Shown here: positions 27,309 to 36,265 of the stretch, one piece after another | Layout of the letters: the number at the start of each line of letters is the position of its first letter | How positions within the stretch are numbered: position 1 is the stretch's first letter | From: an uncultured Bacteroidaceae bacterium | GTDB lineage: Bacteria > Bacteroidota > Bacteroidia > Bacteroidales > Bacteroidaceae | Assembly (NCBI GenBank): GCA_905235575.1 | Contig: CAJOLZ010000010.1 | Location: forward strand, 13,186 to 77,185 | Length of the DNA stretch: 64,000 bases | Direction: 5' to 3' | Made by a program: the position numbers and the translations under genes | Notes under the pieces: generated by a model | What the model saw: only the letters and a program-made list of their open reading frames with translations | Told to the model about the DNA's origin: nothing | The model's database searches: none

Positions 27309-28760
27309 TCAGATTCCGAATGTTTCTCTTATTATCTCATGATCATCAAAATGATGCTTCACACCTTGCACTATCTGATAATCCTCGTGACCTTTTCCTG
27401 CGACAAGTATCACATCGCCAGGCTGTGCCATCATGCAGGCTGTGCGGATAGCTTCCCTCCGGTCCACAATGCTCAGCACTCCACGGCGTTCCTCGTCGGA
27501 GAGACCTGCCAGCATATCATTTATGATTTCCTGTGGGTCTTCGAAGCGGGGATTGTCACTTGTGATGATTACACGGTCGCTGTTTCTCACGGCCTCTTGT
27601 GCCATCAGCGGACGCTTGCCTTTGTCACGGTTGCCACCGGCACCACACACGGTCCAGCACTGTCCTCGATGTTTCAGCACTTCGTTTATCGTGCTGAGCA
27701 CATTCACCAGTGCATCGGGAGTGTGAGCATAATCCACGATGGCAGTGACACCATTGCGAGAGCGTATTGTTTCGAAACGACCGTTAACGGGTTTCATGGC
27801 ACTGAGTTGTATCAGTGCCTCCTCGGGCTGGACACCCATCATTACGGTTGCGCCGTAGACTGCCAACAGATTGCTGGCATTGAAACGACCGACGAACTGC
27901 ACACTGACTTCACGTCCGTCCACTTCCAAGTTCATACCCTCGAAGCTTTCTTCCAAAATACGAGCCTTGAAGTCTGCCGCACTTCGCAGCGAATAGCTTT
28001 TCACCTGTGCTTTGGTGTTCTGAACCATCACTGCGCCGTTCTTGTCATCAATGTTGGTGACAGCGAAAGCATTTTTAGGCAACGAGTCAAAGAATGCCTT
28101 CTTGGCATCGCGATAGTTCTCGAATGTCTTATGATAGTCCATGTGATCGCGTGTCAGATTCGTAAAGATGCCGCCGGCAAAGGTCAGACCGGCAATACGT
28201 TTCTGGGCAACGCTATGGCTGCTGACTTCCATGAAAGCATACTGACAATCTTCGTCGGCCATGCGGCCCAGTAGGCAGTTCAGCGTGATGGGGTCTGGCG
28301 TGGTCACTTCAGTTGGAACAGGTTCGCCGTCGATGTAGTTGCACACCGTACTGCAAAGGCCACAACGATAGCCTAAGCGTCGGAATATATGATAAAGCAG
28401 AGTGGCAATAGTGGTTTTCCCGTTGGTTCCAGTCACGCCCACAAGTTTCATCCGCTCTGTGGGATTTCCATAGAACTGTGTTGCCAGAATGCCTGTGACT
28501 GCTTCTGTGTCGGGATATATAAGATAGGTTACGTCGGATCTGGTTTCTTCTGGCAGATGTTCGCAGACCACCACGCCTGCGCCTTGCTCTACAGCTTTCG
28601 GGATAAACGTATGTCCATCAACCTGAGTGCCGCGCACTGCCACAAAGACATCGCCGGCTTTCACCTTGCGCGAATCTATTTCGATGCCGCTCACCTCACG
28701 CGCTGTCGATCCCACGACTTGCGTCGGCGTGCAATTCTTTATCAATTGTTCAAGTTTCAT
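27309..28760 (-). CDS. murE: UDP-N-acetylmuramoyl-L-alanyl-D-glutamate--2,6-diaminopimelate ligase
   Basis: 483-aa ORF with the Mur ligase P-loop [13 protein letters not shown] and the DAP-specific DNPR motif ([11 protein letters not shown]). Confidence 0.95.
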   Translation of the reverse strand: MKLEQLIKNCTPTQVVGSTAREVSGIEIDSRKVKAGDVFVAVRGTQVDGHTFIPKAVEQGAGVVVCEHLPEETRSDVTYLIYPDTEAVTGILATQFYGNPTERMKLVGVTGTNGKTTIATLLYHIFRRLGYRCGLCSTVCNYIDGEPVPTEVTTPDPITLNCLLGRMADEDCQYAFMEVSSHSVAQKRIAGLTFAGGIFTNLTRDHMDYHKTFENYRDAKKAFFDSLPKNAFAVTNIDDKNGAVMVQNTKAQVKSYSLRSAADFKARILEESFEGMNLEVDGREVSVQFVGRFNASNLLAVYGATVMMGVQPEEALIQLSAMKPVNGRFETIRSRNGVTAIVDYAHTPDALVNVLSTINEVLKHRGQCWTVCGAGGNRDKGKRPLMAQEAVRNSDRVIITSDNPRFEDPQEIINDMLAGLSDEERRGVLSIVDRREAIRTACMMAQPGDVILVAGKGHEDYQIVQGVKHHFDDHEIIRETFGI

Positions 28761-28786
28761 ACTACCTTATATATAATATATATAGT

Positions 28787-30916
28787 TCACTCATGCAGTG
28801 TCAGTGTAATGGTGCTACCCTTCGTGACAGGCGAGGCTGGAGCGATGCTCTGCTCTTTTACCAGTCCGATGCCGTTCAGTTTCACTTTCAGTCCTCGCTG
28901 CTGCAAGCTGTATACAGCCTCACTGGCAGCCATGCCTCTTACGTCAGGCACCTTGTTTGCAGGCATTGTGTCTGTTTTGCTCTCAGCTATCTCGTCCGTG
29001 TCCAGACCCATTTTCTTTACCAGAGTACGTGTCTGTTCCACATTTCCATTAGCTACGCGAGGCACATAAACCGAATTCGAGTCAGCTGCCTCGGAGGGTT
29101 CTCTGTACACACCCTTCGACATGATGTATTGCGAGATTTCACTGAACACAGGTCCTGCCTGACCGCCACCGGAAGCTGGCAAGCCTCTCTTGACGATGCA
29201 GACGATGCAACTGTAACGGGGAGCCTCCGATGGGAAGTATCCACAGAAGCTGACCATATAGCGCGGTGTGCCACTGCGGTAACCGCCACCTGAGCCCGAA
29301 GCGATCATTGCGGTGCCCGTCTTACCACTCACCTTGAAGTATTTTCCTCCGTTGCCGGCTTTCTTACCCAAGCCTTGGCTGACCACTTTCTCCAGGATTT
29401 CCTGTATGTCGGCCAGTGTGCTGGGCTTGCAGATGCTCTGCTTGATGACCTCGGTCGGATATTCGCGCACCACATGTCCTTCGTTCAGTTCGGCAGTCAC
29501 AAAGCGTGGCTTTACCATACATCCGTTGTTGGCGATGGCATTGTAGAATGTCAACGTGCTGATGGGCGGCAACATGGTCTCGTAGCCGATGCTCATCCAT
29601 GCCAACGCCGTGTTGCTCCAGTTCTTCCAGAAACGTCCTTGCTTCACAGGATGACGAACCCACGGTTCGCCTGCTCCCACGAACGGCAGATTGAGTTCCA
29701 GACCTACACCCTCGCGGTTCAGTCCACGTACAAACGCATCGGGGTCATCGTGATAGGCATCGTCTATCAAACGACTCACACCAATGTTCGAACTGTATTC
29801 CAGTACACCGCTCACCGTCAGTTCGCCATATCCGCCGTGATGCCAGTTGTGGTCTTTCATGTTGCTGCCGTGCATACGGTAGATGCCGTTGCCGGTATCC
29901 ACTCGTGAGTCCTTCGTAATCTTTCCGTCCTCCAGAGCCACCATGATGCTGGCAGTCTTGAACGTAGAGCCTGGTTCCATAAGGTCGCTCACGGCATTGT
30001 TCTTCATCTCGTAGTATTTCCCGTCACCTGCACGTGTCAGGTTGGCGATAGCTTTCACATCACCCGTCTTCACCTCCATTACCACAGCAATGCCCAGTTC
30101 GCCGTTTACCTCTTTCTCCATCAGTTTCTTGCGCAGGGCGCGATCCACCACGTCTTGCAGTTCAATGTCGATGGTTGTCATCAGGTCGTGACCGTCCACC
30201 GGTTCCTGGTCGATGTAGGTATGCCATGCACCGCGCAGTTTTGTACGGTGGCTGCTTCCGGGTGTGCCACGCAGTATGCTGTCGAAGCTCAGTTCGAGTC
30301 CACACTTGGCACGGTCCGAGTCGCGATAGAGATCACCCAAAGTACGCGAGGCCAGCGAACCATAAGGTTTGTGACGCTGCAATATCTCCTCTACGTGGAA
30401 GCCACTCTTCAGCGACGACTCGCGCAGCATTGGCAACTTCAGGCATTCCTTATATTGTATATAGCTGGCATAGCCGGGATAGATGCGGTAGGCGAACTTG
30501 CCGCGCTTCTTGCCATCGGCCAGTCTTTGACGGAACCACTTGGCATCATATTCAGGGAAGATGTTTGCCAGTCCGATGGCTATGCTGTCGGCACAGACTG
30601 CAAAGGCTGAATCGCGCCAAGCGATGGTGCGTGCTTTCGAGGCACTGTCGGGGTCAGCCACACGGAAGTCCATCAACAGACGATACTTCGGCAGTGTACC
30701 CACAAGTATCTGCCCGTCGCAGCCCAGCAGATTGCCGCGCGCAGCCTGCACAGGAATGTTCGCTTTCGTGAAGCGCTTGCTCACCTCCATCCAGTATTCG
30801 CTCTTCGGTGGCAACATGGTACGCAGCGCCTTCCCAAGTATACAGAGACCGACGAAAGCCGTTATGAAGATGATGCCCCTGTAACGTCCTATCGAATTGT
30901 TCTTGTCAAGCTTCAT
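28787..30916 (-). CDS. ftsI: penicillin-binding protein (FtsI/PBP3-type transpeptidase) with a C-terminal PASTA domain
   Basis: 709-aa ORF with an N-terminal TM anchor and the class B PBP motifs STFK (EPGSTFKT), SSN (YSSNIGV) and KTG (SGKTGTA). The C-terminal PASTA-like region reads VPDVRGMAASEAVYSLQQRGLKVKLNGIGLVKEQS. Confidence 0.9.
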   Translation of the reverse strand: MKLDKNNSIGRYRGIIFITAFVGLCILGKALRTMLPPKSEYWMEVSKRFTKANIPVQAARGNLLGCDGQILVGTLPKYRLLMDFRVADPDSASKARTIAWRDSAFAVCADSIAIGLANIFPEYDAKWFRQRLADGKKRGKFAYRIYPGYASYIQYKECLKLPMLRESSLKSGFHVEEILQRHKPYGSLASRTLGDLYRDSDRAKCGLELSFDSILRGTPGSSHRTKLRGAWHTYIDQEPVDGHDLMTTIDIELQDVVDRALRKKLMEKEVNGELGIAVVMEVKTGDVKAIANLTRAGDGKYYEMKNNAVSDLMEPGSTFKTASIMVALEDGKITKDSRVDTGNGIYRMHGSNMKDHNWHHGGYGELTVSGVLEYSSNIGVSRLIDDAYHDDPDAFVRGLNREGVGLELNLPFVGAGEPWVRHPVKQGRFWKNWSNTALAWMSIGYETMLPPISTLTFYNAIANNGCMVKPRFVTAELNEGHVVREYPTEVIKQSICKPSTLADIQEILEKVVSQGLGKKAGNGGKYFKVSGKTGTAMIASGSGGGYRSGTPRYMVSFCGYFPSEAPRYSCIVCIVKRGLPASGGGQAGPVFSEISQYIMSKGVYREPSEAADSNSVYVPRVANGNVEQTRTLVKKMGLDTDEIAESKTDTMPANKVPDVRGMAASEAVYSLQQRGLKVKLNGIGLVKEQSIAPASPVTKGSTITLTLHE

Positions 30917-30923
30917 GCGTACA

Positions 30924-31379
30924 TTATTTATTTACGAGGATATAAGGAGGTGTCTTGCCGGGAAGCAATGTGCTGTCACCGTTCTGATAGAGCATGTCCA
31001 GCACGTTGGACTGACGGGTGCGATACGTCAGTTCGCTGTTGCGAGTGATGCTGCGGTACTTCCAGTCGAGCAGTTCTTTTCTGAGGCGGTCTTCCTCCAG
31101 CATCTCCTGCTGCGCCTGGTAGCGGTTGGTGATATAGACAATCACGCCGAGCACAATCAGGCAGATGAGTTTTATCTGCTGCCTGAACCACTTGCCGTCG
31201 ATGCTCAATGCGCGCAGCACGTCACGCAGTTGTCCCATCTCGGGGCGTTTCTCCTCGTCCTCGCTCAAGAGCGATGAGAAGAGCCTGCTGCGGTTGCTTT
31301 CATCGGGCGTTCCACGCTGCGCCTTGGTTTCTTTGGGCTGCGTTTCGGTTTCCGGGTTGTTCTTTTCCTTTATGCTCAT
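30924..31379 (-). CDS. FtsL-like cell division protein (Bacteroidetes type)
   Basis: 151-aa ORF with a single TM (IKLICLIVLGVIVYI) followed by a coiled segment. It occupies the conserved slot between rsmH and ftsI, and its start overlaps the rsmH stop by 4 nt. Confidence 0.75.
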   Translation of the reverse strand: MSIKEKNNPETETQPKETKAQRGTPDESNRSRLFSSLLSEDEEKRPEMGQLRDVLRALSIDGKWFRQQIKLICLIVLGVIVYITNRYQAQQEMLEEDRLRKELLDWKYRSITRNSELTYRTRQSNVLDMLYQNGDSTLLPGKTPPYILVNK

Positions 31380-32290
31380 TGTGTGTCTTTTTCTGCTATT
31401 CTCAGTTTAGCCGAGCGGCTTCTTGGGTTGCGTTCCTGCTCCTCGGGCGTAGGTGTCACCACGTTGGGTGCGATGCTCTTCAGTGGCGAGGGCAGTGTGC
31501 CGAACACATCCTCGGGTCGTTGCCCATCGGCATTGCCGGTGCGGATGACGTTCTTTACGATGCGGTCCTCCAGCGAGTGGTAGGTGATTACAGCCAGTCT
31601 GCCTCCGGGCTTGAGCAGCTCGGTGGCGGCCTGCAGCATCTGTCGCAGTGCGTTCATTTCGCCGTTCACTTCTATGCGCAGGGCCTGAAAGACACGCGCC
31701 AGGTCTTTCTTCTCACGGTCGTAGCGCATCAGTGGTTTCATCACCTCGGCCAGCTGCCCGGTGGTTTCTATCGGGCGCTGACTGCGTTGCTTTACGATGA
31801 GCGAGGCGATGCGTCGGCTTTGTTTCAGTTCGCCGTAGAGGTAGAAGATGTCCGCCAACTGTTCTTCGGTGTACTCCTCCACCACACGGCGCGCCGTAAG
31901 CGTGGCCTGTTGGTTCATTCGCATGTCAAGCGGTGCATCGTAGCGGAAACTGAATCCACGCTCGCCGTCGTCCAAGTGGTGACTGCTCACACCGAGGTCG
32001 GCCAGTATGCCGTCCAACTGCTCTATATCGTAATACCGCATCCAGTTCTGCAGGAAGCGGAAGTTGCTGCGTACGAAGGTGAAACGCTCGTCGGCCAGTG
32101 CCTCTCGCTGTGCATCCATATCCTGGTCGAAGCCGTAGAGGTACCCCCTTGCACCGAGGCGATTCAGTATCTCCCTGCTGTGTCCGCCGCCCCCGAAGGT
32201 CAGATCCACGTAGATGCCGTCTGGTTTGACGTCGAGTCCGTCGACGCTTTCCTTCAGCAATACGGGGATATGGTATGTCTCGCAGTTCAC
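31376..32290 (-). CDS. rsmH: 16S rRNA (cytosine1402-N4)-methyltransferase
   Basis: 304-aa ORF YHIPVLLKESVDGL...DLTFGGGGHS...DLGVSSHHLD, which are classic MraW/RsmH motifs. Confidence 0.95.
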   Translation of the reverse strand: MNCETYHIPVLLKESVDGLDVKPDGIYVDLTFGGGGHSREILNRLGARGYLYGFDQDMDAQREALADERFTFVRSNFRFLQNWMRYYDIEQLDGILADLGVSSHHLDDGERGFSFRYDAPLDMRMNQQATLTARRVVEEYTEEQLADIFYLYGELKQSRRIASLIVKQRSQRPIETTGQLAEVMKPLMRYDREKKDLARVFQALRIEVNGEMNALRQMLQAATELLKPGGRLAVITYHSLEDRIVKNVIRTGNADGQRPEDVFGTLPSPLKSIAPNVVTPTPEEQERNPRSRSAKLRIAEKDTQ

Positions 32291-32303
32291 GTGCAGAGGT
32301 TTG

Positions 32304-32753
32304 TCAGGGGTTGCTTCGCATCATCTCCTCGAGGTTGTCGGCCAGCGTGTCGGGTTCGCTCAGCAGAGCATCGGCAGCCTGGCGCTCCCATACCTCGATG
32401 GTGTCGTCCACGCCAATGAAGCGCACATCGGTCTTGATGCCAGTTTCTTCGAGATAGCGGCGCGGAATGAGCATGCGTCCGCCGCTGTCGAGCGTAATAG
32501 CCTCAGCGCCAGCCACAAAGCGGCGCAGTGCATCGCGTCCTTGGCGGTCGAACATGTTGGTGCGTGCCGTGATGGCATCCACCTGGGCATTCCACACTTC
32601 CTGTGGATAGAGCACCAGACAGCGCTGGAACACGTCGCGACGCATGATCAGGCCCTGGCAGTCCTCGCGCTGCAATATCTTTCGGAAGCTGCTCGGCACG
32701 AAAACACGACCTTTTTCGTCCACTTTGGCATCTATGTTGCCTGTAAATCGCAT
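32304..32753 (-). CDS. mraZ: division/cell wall cluster transcriptional regulator MraZ
   Basis: 149-aa ORF with two MraZ/AbrB-type repeats carrying DxxGR motifs (VDEKGRVFVPSSFR; LDSGGRMLIPRRYL). It is the first gene of the dcw cluster. Confidence 0.95.
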   Translation of the reverse strand: MRFTGNIDAKVDEKGRVFVPSSFRKILQREDCQGLIMRRDVFQRCLVLYPQEVWNAQVDAITARTNMFDRQGRDALRRFVAGAEAITLDSGGRMLIPRRYLEETGIKTDVRFIGVDDTIEVWERQAADALLSEPDTLADNLEEMMRSNP

Positions 32754-32785
32754 CGTCTTATTTGCTAATTATTACTTTCTGCGGT

Positions 32786-32793
32786 CAAAGGTA
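32786..32793 (-). promoter_or_regulatory. candidate -7 promoter box (TACCTTTG on the minus strand) of the mraZ/dcw operon
   Basis: Matches TAnnTTTG and lies 32 nt upstream of the mraZ ATG (32753). Confidence 0.55.
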
Positions 32794-32797
32794 CAAA

Positions 32798-32817
32798 ATT
32801 CCCCACAATTCCCCACA
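32798..32817 (-). promoter_or_regulatory. probable MraZ operator: tandem 10-bp direct repeats TGTGGGGAAT x2
   Basis: The minus strand reads TGTGGGGAAT TGTGGGGAAT TTTG TACCTTTG. That is two perfect 10-bp-spaced GTGGGG boxes abutting the -7 box and covering the expected -33 region. A third similar box (GGTGGGGAATTT) is at 32979-32990 on the plus strand. Confidence 0.6.
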
Positions 32818-32896
32818 ACTTTTTGAAACTTTTTTTCGGACCATTTTTCTGAGAGGTTCGCGCAAGGTGGTTGAAGGAGGTCTCAAAAACGGAAAC

Positions 32897-32923
32897 TTTC
32901 TCGATGAAATGGGCGATTTTTGC
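32897..32923 (-). repeat. 27-bp inverted repeat, left copy
   Basis: The plus strand reads TTTCTCGATGAAATGGGCGATTTTTGC. Its reverse complement matches 34050-34076 at 26 of 27 positions. It lies 143 nt upstream of the mraZ start codon. Confidence 0.85.
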
Positions 32924-33076
32924 ATGAAATGGCCATTTTTGAGGCCTGAAAAAAATTTTTGTGGAGATGCTGATTTTTGGTGGGGAATTTTTGTGCGTTC
33001 AGTCTTGAAGAACGTCAAAAGGGGAAGCTGAAAAGAAAAATCGGGGAAATTCATTTGCCGTGCGGACGATTATCCG

Positions 33077-33084
33077 TAATTTTG
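33077..33084 (+). promoter_or_regulatory. candidate -7 promoter box (CGTAATTTTG) for the cyclophilin gene
   Basis: TAATTTTG lies 21 nt upstream of the ATG at 33106. It is only 3 nt from the alternative ATG at 33088, which argues for 33106 as the start. Confidence 0.5.
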
Positions 33085-33105
33085 CGAATGAAAACTGCGA
33101 AAAAG

Positions 33106-33807
33106 ATGAAAAAGACAGTCATTTTTGCACTAATTGCCATGCTGTGCATCCCCCTCACCTGCGAAGCCAAAAAGAAAGAGAAACGCTCGGTGGTGCGTCT
33201 GGAGACCTCCGAAGGCATCATCCGCGTGGCGCTCTCGGACGACACGCCAATCCACCGCGACAACTTCCTGCATCTGGTGGACAAAGGATTCTACGACGGT
33301 ACGCTCTTCCACCGCTGTATCGCCGATTTCATGATACAGGGCGGCGACCCCGATTCGCGCACGGCCGCTCCGGAACAGGTCTTGGGCGATGGCGGCGTGG
33401 GCTACACACTGCAACCCGAGTTCTGTCTGCCGTACCTCTACCACTGGCGTGGCGCACTGGCTGCAGCCCGCGAGCCCGACGAGGTGAACCCCGAGATGCG
33501 CAGCAGCGGATGCCAGTTCTACATTGTCTATGGAAAGAAGCAGAAGTCTCAGGACCTGAGTAAAATACGTCCGTTGATAAGCGAGCGTGGGTATGAACTG
33601 ACGGCACCGATGGCCGACGACTACAGGACGCGCGGCGGCACACCCCACCTCGATGGCGCCTACACAGTCTTCGGCGAAGTGGTGGAAGGCATGGACGTAG
33701 TGCAAGCCATACAAGCGGTGCCCACCGACGGGAACGACCGCCCGCTCAAAGACATCGTAATCCGCCACGCCGAGGTGGAACAGCGCAGCAAGGAGGCAGC
33801 GAAATAA
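33106..33807 (+). CDS. peptidyl-prolyl cis-trans isomerase, cyclophilin type, secreted
   Basis: It has a signal peptide (MKKTVIFALIAMLCIPLTCEA) and then cyclophilin motifs FHRCIADFMIQGGDP and SSGCQFYIV...LDGAYTVFGEVVEGMDVV. The alternative start at 33088 cannot be excluded. Confidence 0.85.
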   Translation: MKKTVIFALIAMLCIPLTCEAKKKEKRSVVRLETSEGIIRVALSDDTPIHRDNFLHLVDKGFYDGTLFHRCIADFMIQGGDPDSRTAAPEQVLGDGGVGYTLQPEFCLPYLYHWRGALAAAREPDEVNPEMRSSGCQFYIVYGKKQKSQDLSKIRPLISERGYELTAPMADDYRTRGGTPHLDGAYTVFGEVVEGMDVVQAIQAVPTDGNDRPLKDIVIRHAEVEQRSKEAAK

Positions 33808-33816
33808 AGAAGTGTT

Positions 33817-33905
33817 AAAAACGCACCGTGCTGCGACGGGCAACGCAGCGTGGTGCGACGGCTGTCGCAACGTGGTGCGTCAGGCTGAAAACCGTGGTGC
33901 GTTTT
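33817..33905. repeat. 22-bp-periodic palindromic repeat element (locus E)
   Basis: AAAAACGCACCGTGCTGCGACGGGCAACGCAGCGTGGTGCGACGGCTGTCGCAACGTGGTGCGTCAGGCTGAAAACCGTGGTGCGTTTTCC. It has an A-run on the left and a T-run on the right, and begins 10 nt after the PPIase stop. Confidence 0.85.
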
Positions 33906-34049
33906 CCGAAGGTCTCCGGACACCTGTTGCGAACCACGAAAAAGTTAGTCAGAAAAAGACTTCTCGGACATCCGCCGAATAGCATTTCCCATCCGAGACA
34001 CTCCACGGAAAGGAAAATGGTGTCACATGGAGGATTTTTCGCCGAACAC

Positions 34050-34076
34050 GCAAAAATTGCCCATTTCATCGAGAAA
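34050..34076 (+). repeat. 27-bp inverted repeat, right copy
   Basis: GCAAAAATTGCCCATTTCATCGAGAAA matches the reverse complement of 32897-32923 at 26 of 27 positions. It lies 146 nt upstream of the ATG at 34223. Confidence 0.85.
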
Positions 34077-34167
34077 ATGATGCCTACAATTTCGGTACAA
34101 AGCACATTTTCGACCTAAATTTCCGCTTTTTATACCTCATTTTCTCGCGCGTACCTTTTTTTCTCGT

Positions 34168-34175
34168 TAATTTTG
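34168..34175 (+). promoter_or_regulatory. candidate -7 promoter box (TAATTTTG) for the surface-protein operon
   Basis: Matches TAnnTTTG and lies 47 nt upstream of the ATG at 34223. Confidence 0.4.
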
Positions 34176-34222
34176 CATCGATTTTGCGAAATGTGCCCTT
34201 AGGCTGATATAAAGAGAAAAAG

Positions 34223-35425
34223 ATGAACAAGTACGCGAAACTGCTGCCGCTGGTATCCGTAGCCCTGCTTTCGGGCTGCATCCAGGACGAGCCGATGAAT
34301 GCCGAGTGCGACATCGAATATGCCTCGGTATCTGTGGAGAACCCCACCGACATTTTCTATCACGACTACGATACGTTGCAGACCATATCGACCGTAACGG
34401 ACAGCATCGGTTTTCTGGTGCGCCGCACGGCTCAGGTGGGCATGCTGCCACTCACGCTGCAAGCCACCGAGGGTGCCCGTGTGCTGATTGTGGACGGCAA
34501 CGAGGAAGTGCCATTCGTGAACGGCACCCCACTGGATTTCTCCAACGAACAGAAGCACCGCTTCAAAGTGGTGTCGCAAGACGGCGGATGGAGCCGCACC
34601 TACGAAGTGAAGGTGGTACGTGACTCGAACTTCGACTACGACCACATGTATATGACTTTCGATTTCGAACAATATAGTCTCGAAAGCGGTAACAAATACT
34701 ACGTGTGGAAAGAGACCGACCCCATAGCCACCGGCTACTGGATTGGCAACGACCCCATGTGGAAGAATGGCAACCCGGGCTACAAGCTCAGCGTGTCGTC
34801 GGCAAAACCCGAGGACTATCCCTCGGCACCCATCGCAGGTGGCGGCCCCGACGGCAGCGACTGTGTCAAGCTGGTGACGAGAGATACGGGGGCTTTCGGA
34901 CGCATGGTGAACTACCGTCTGGCATCGGGTAGCATGTTCATCGGCGAATTCGACGTGGCCAACGCGCTCAAGGACGCACTGGCTGCCACCCTCTTTGGCG
35001 TTCCCTTCAAGCACAGACCGACACGCATCTCGGGGTGGTTCCGCTATATCCCCGGTCCACATTTCCAGAACCGCGATGGTGTGATACTGCCCGACTCCAT
35101 CGACCAGCCCGACTTCTACGCCGTGATGTATCGCAACCAGGATGCAGAGGGTCACGAGGTGCGCCTGAACGGAGCCGACATACTGATAAATCCGCACATC
35201 GTGGCCATGGCGCGACTGCCGCACCCCAACCACGGACTGACCGACGAATGGCAATACGTGGTGCTCGACATGGTTTATCGCGAAGAGCTCGATCCGGAGC
35301 TGCTCGAGAACAACGGATACAGCTTCACCGTGAGTGTGGCCAGCAGCTATCGCGGCGGCGAATTTGAAGGATGCGTGGGCAACACACTCTATGTGGATGC
35401 CATAACGGTGGAATGTGAATACTAA
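34223..35425 (+). CDS. PCMD-domain lipoprotein (putative carbohydrate-metabolism domain)
   Basis: 400-aa ORF with a lipoprotein signal (LLPLVSVALLSGC) and a C-terminal region resembling the Bacteroidales PCMD domain (WKNGNPGYKLS...DCVKLVTRDTGAFG...SGSMFIGEFD...RISGWFRY...YVDAITVE). The family assignment is from memory, not a search. Confidence 0.65.
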   Translation: MNKYAKLLPLVSVALLSGCIQDEPMNAECDIEYASVSVENPTDIFYHDYDTLQTISTVTDSIGFLVRRTAQVGMLPLTLQATEGARVLIVDGNEEVPFVNGTPLDFSNEQKHRFKVVSQDGGWSRTYEVKVVRDSNFDYDHMYMTFDFEQYSLESGNKYYVWKETDPIATGYWIGNDPMWKNGNPGYKLSVSSAKPEDYPSAPIAGGGPDGSDCVKLVTRDTGAFGRMVNYRLASGSMFIGEFDVANALKDALAATLFGVPFKHRPTRISGWFRYIPGPHFQNRDGVILPDSIDQPDFYAVMYRNQDAEGHEVRLNGADILINPHIVAMARLPHPNHGLTDEWQYVVLDMVYREELDPELLENNGYSFTVSVASSYRGGEFEGCVGNTLYVDAITVECEY

Positions 35426-35428
35426 CGG

Positions 35429-36220
35429 ATGATGAAGATACGACAGATACTCCCCATCCTGCTGCTGACGACAGTCTCCGCACTGCAGGCACAGGAAGAT
35501 GAGTGGGAAAAGTGGGGACCCACAGACAAGCAATCGAAAGTTGGCGTGCTGCTGCGCGCAGGCTATACCATAGGCGGCACTACCCCGCTTCCACTGCCCG
35601 AGGAAATACGCTCCATCAAGGAGTTCTCCCCGAAAGGCGGAGCTACCGTGGGCGTCGATGCCTACAAGATGTTCTCGCGACGCTGGGGTGCAAGCATCGG
35701 ATGGCACTTCTTCTACGAAGGATTCCACACCGTGGCCGAAGTGAAGAACTACAAGATGAGCCTCACGATGGAAGGCAACACCATGTCGGGATACTTCACA
35801 GGTACCGACGTCACCAACAACTCCATGTGGGGCATGACCATACCCCTGCTCGCCACCTTCCGCATGAGCCCACGGTGGAATGTCAGCATGGGTCCCTATG
35901 CATCCGTGTTCATCACACGAAAGTTCGACGGACGCGTGTATGACAACAGCAAGGGCGTCGGCTATCTGCGCGTGGACGACCCGACGGGAGAAAAGGTGAA
36001 CATCGACCGCGAAAACCCTGCCACCTACGACTTCGATGAGAACATGCGCACATGGAACTATGGCATCGAACTCGCCTTCGACTGGAAAGCATTGCGACAC
36101 ATGAACGTCTTCGGCAAGATAGACTGGGGTTTGAGGAACGTGTGGCCCGAGAACTTCGACGCTGTGGACTTCCGCATGTACCCCATCTATGCCACGGTGG
36201 GTCTGGCATACAGATACTGA
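35429..36220 (+). CDS. outer membrane beta-barrel protein
   Basis: 263-aa ORF with a signal peptide (ILLLTTVSALQAQ), alternating hydrophobic beta-strand patterning, and a C-terminal aromatic residue (...GLAYRY). Confidence 0.7.
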   Translation: MMKIRQILPILLLTTVSALQAQEDEWEKWGPTDKQSKVGVLLRAGYTIGGTTPLPLPEEIRSIKEFSPKGGATVGVDAYKMFSRRWGASIGWHFFYEGFHTVAEVKNYKMSLTMEGNTMSGYFTGTDVTNNSMWGMTIPLLATFRMSPRWNVSMGPYASVFITRKFDGRVYDNSKGVGYLRVDDPTGEKVNIDRENPATYDFDENMRTWNYGIELAFDWKALRHMNVFGKIDWGLRNVWPENFDAVDFRMYPIYATVGLAYRY

Positions 36221-36265
36221 CCTGCGAGGAAATAAATCAAGAAGAAACATAAAAACAAAAAGCTT

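Noticed and set aside
28768-28784. AT-only palindromes occur at gene junctions: TATATATAATATATATA between ftsI and murE, a related TATATAATATATA at 60321-60333, and (AT)n at 20011-20021 between ftsQ and ftsA.
   Set aside because: They are striking in a GC-rich background. The most economical explanation is the AT-rich, unstructured translation-initiation regions typical of Bacteroidota, which lack Shine-Dalgarno use. There is no further evidence for a specific site.
34199-36250. A very long antisense ORF (683 aa, minus strand) spans two plus-strand genes. Similar long shadow ORFs occur at 1075-2349(-), 13332-14408(+), 24844-26463(+), 31208-32419(+), 38769-40241(-), 42203-43444(-), 47489-49297(-), 58252-60129(+) and 59952-61418(-).
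   Set aside because: Their products are H/V/G/R/A-rich with no recognisable motifs. They lie opposite genes with clear family signatures (lipoprotein/OMP, SppA, FadD, MurD/MraY, RsmH, dGTPase, GyrB, RNase R). They are the expected stop-poor antisense frames of GC-rich, codon-biased genes.
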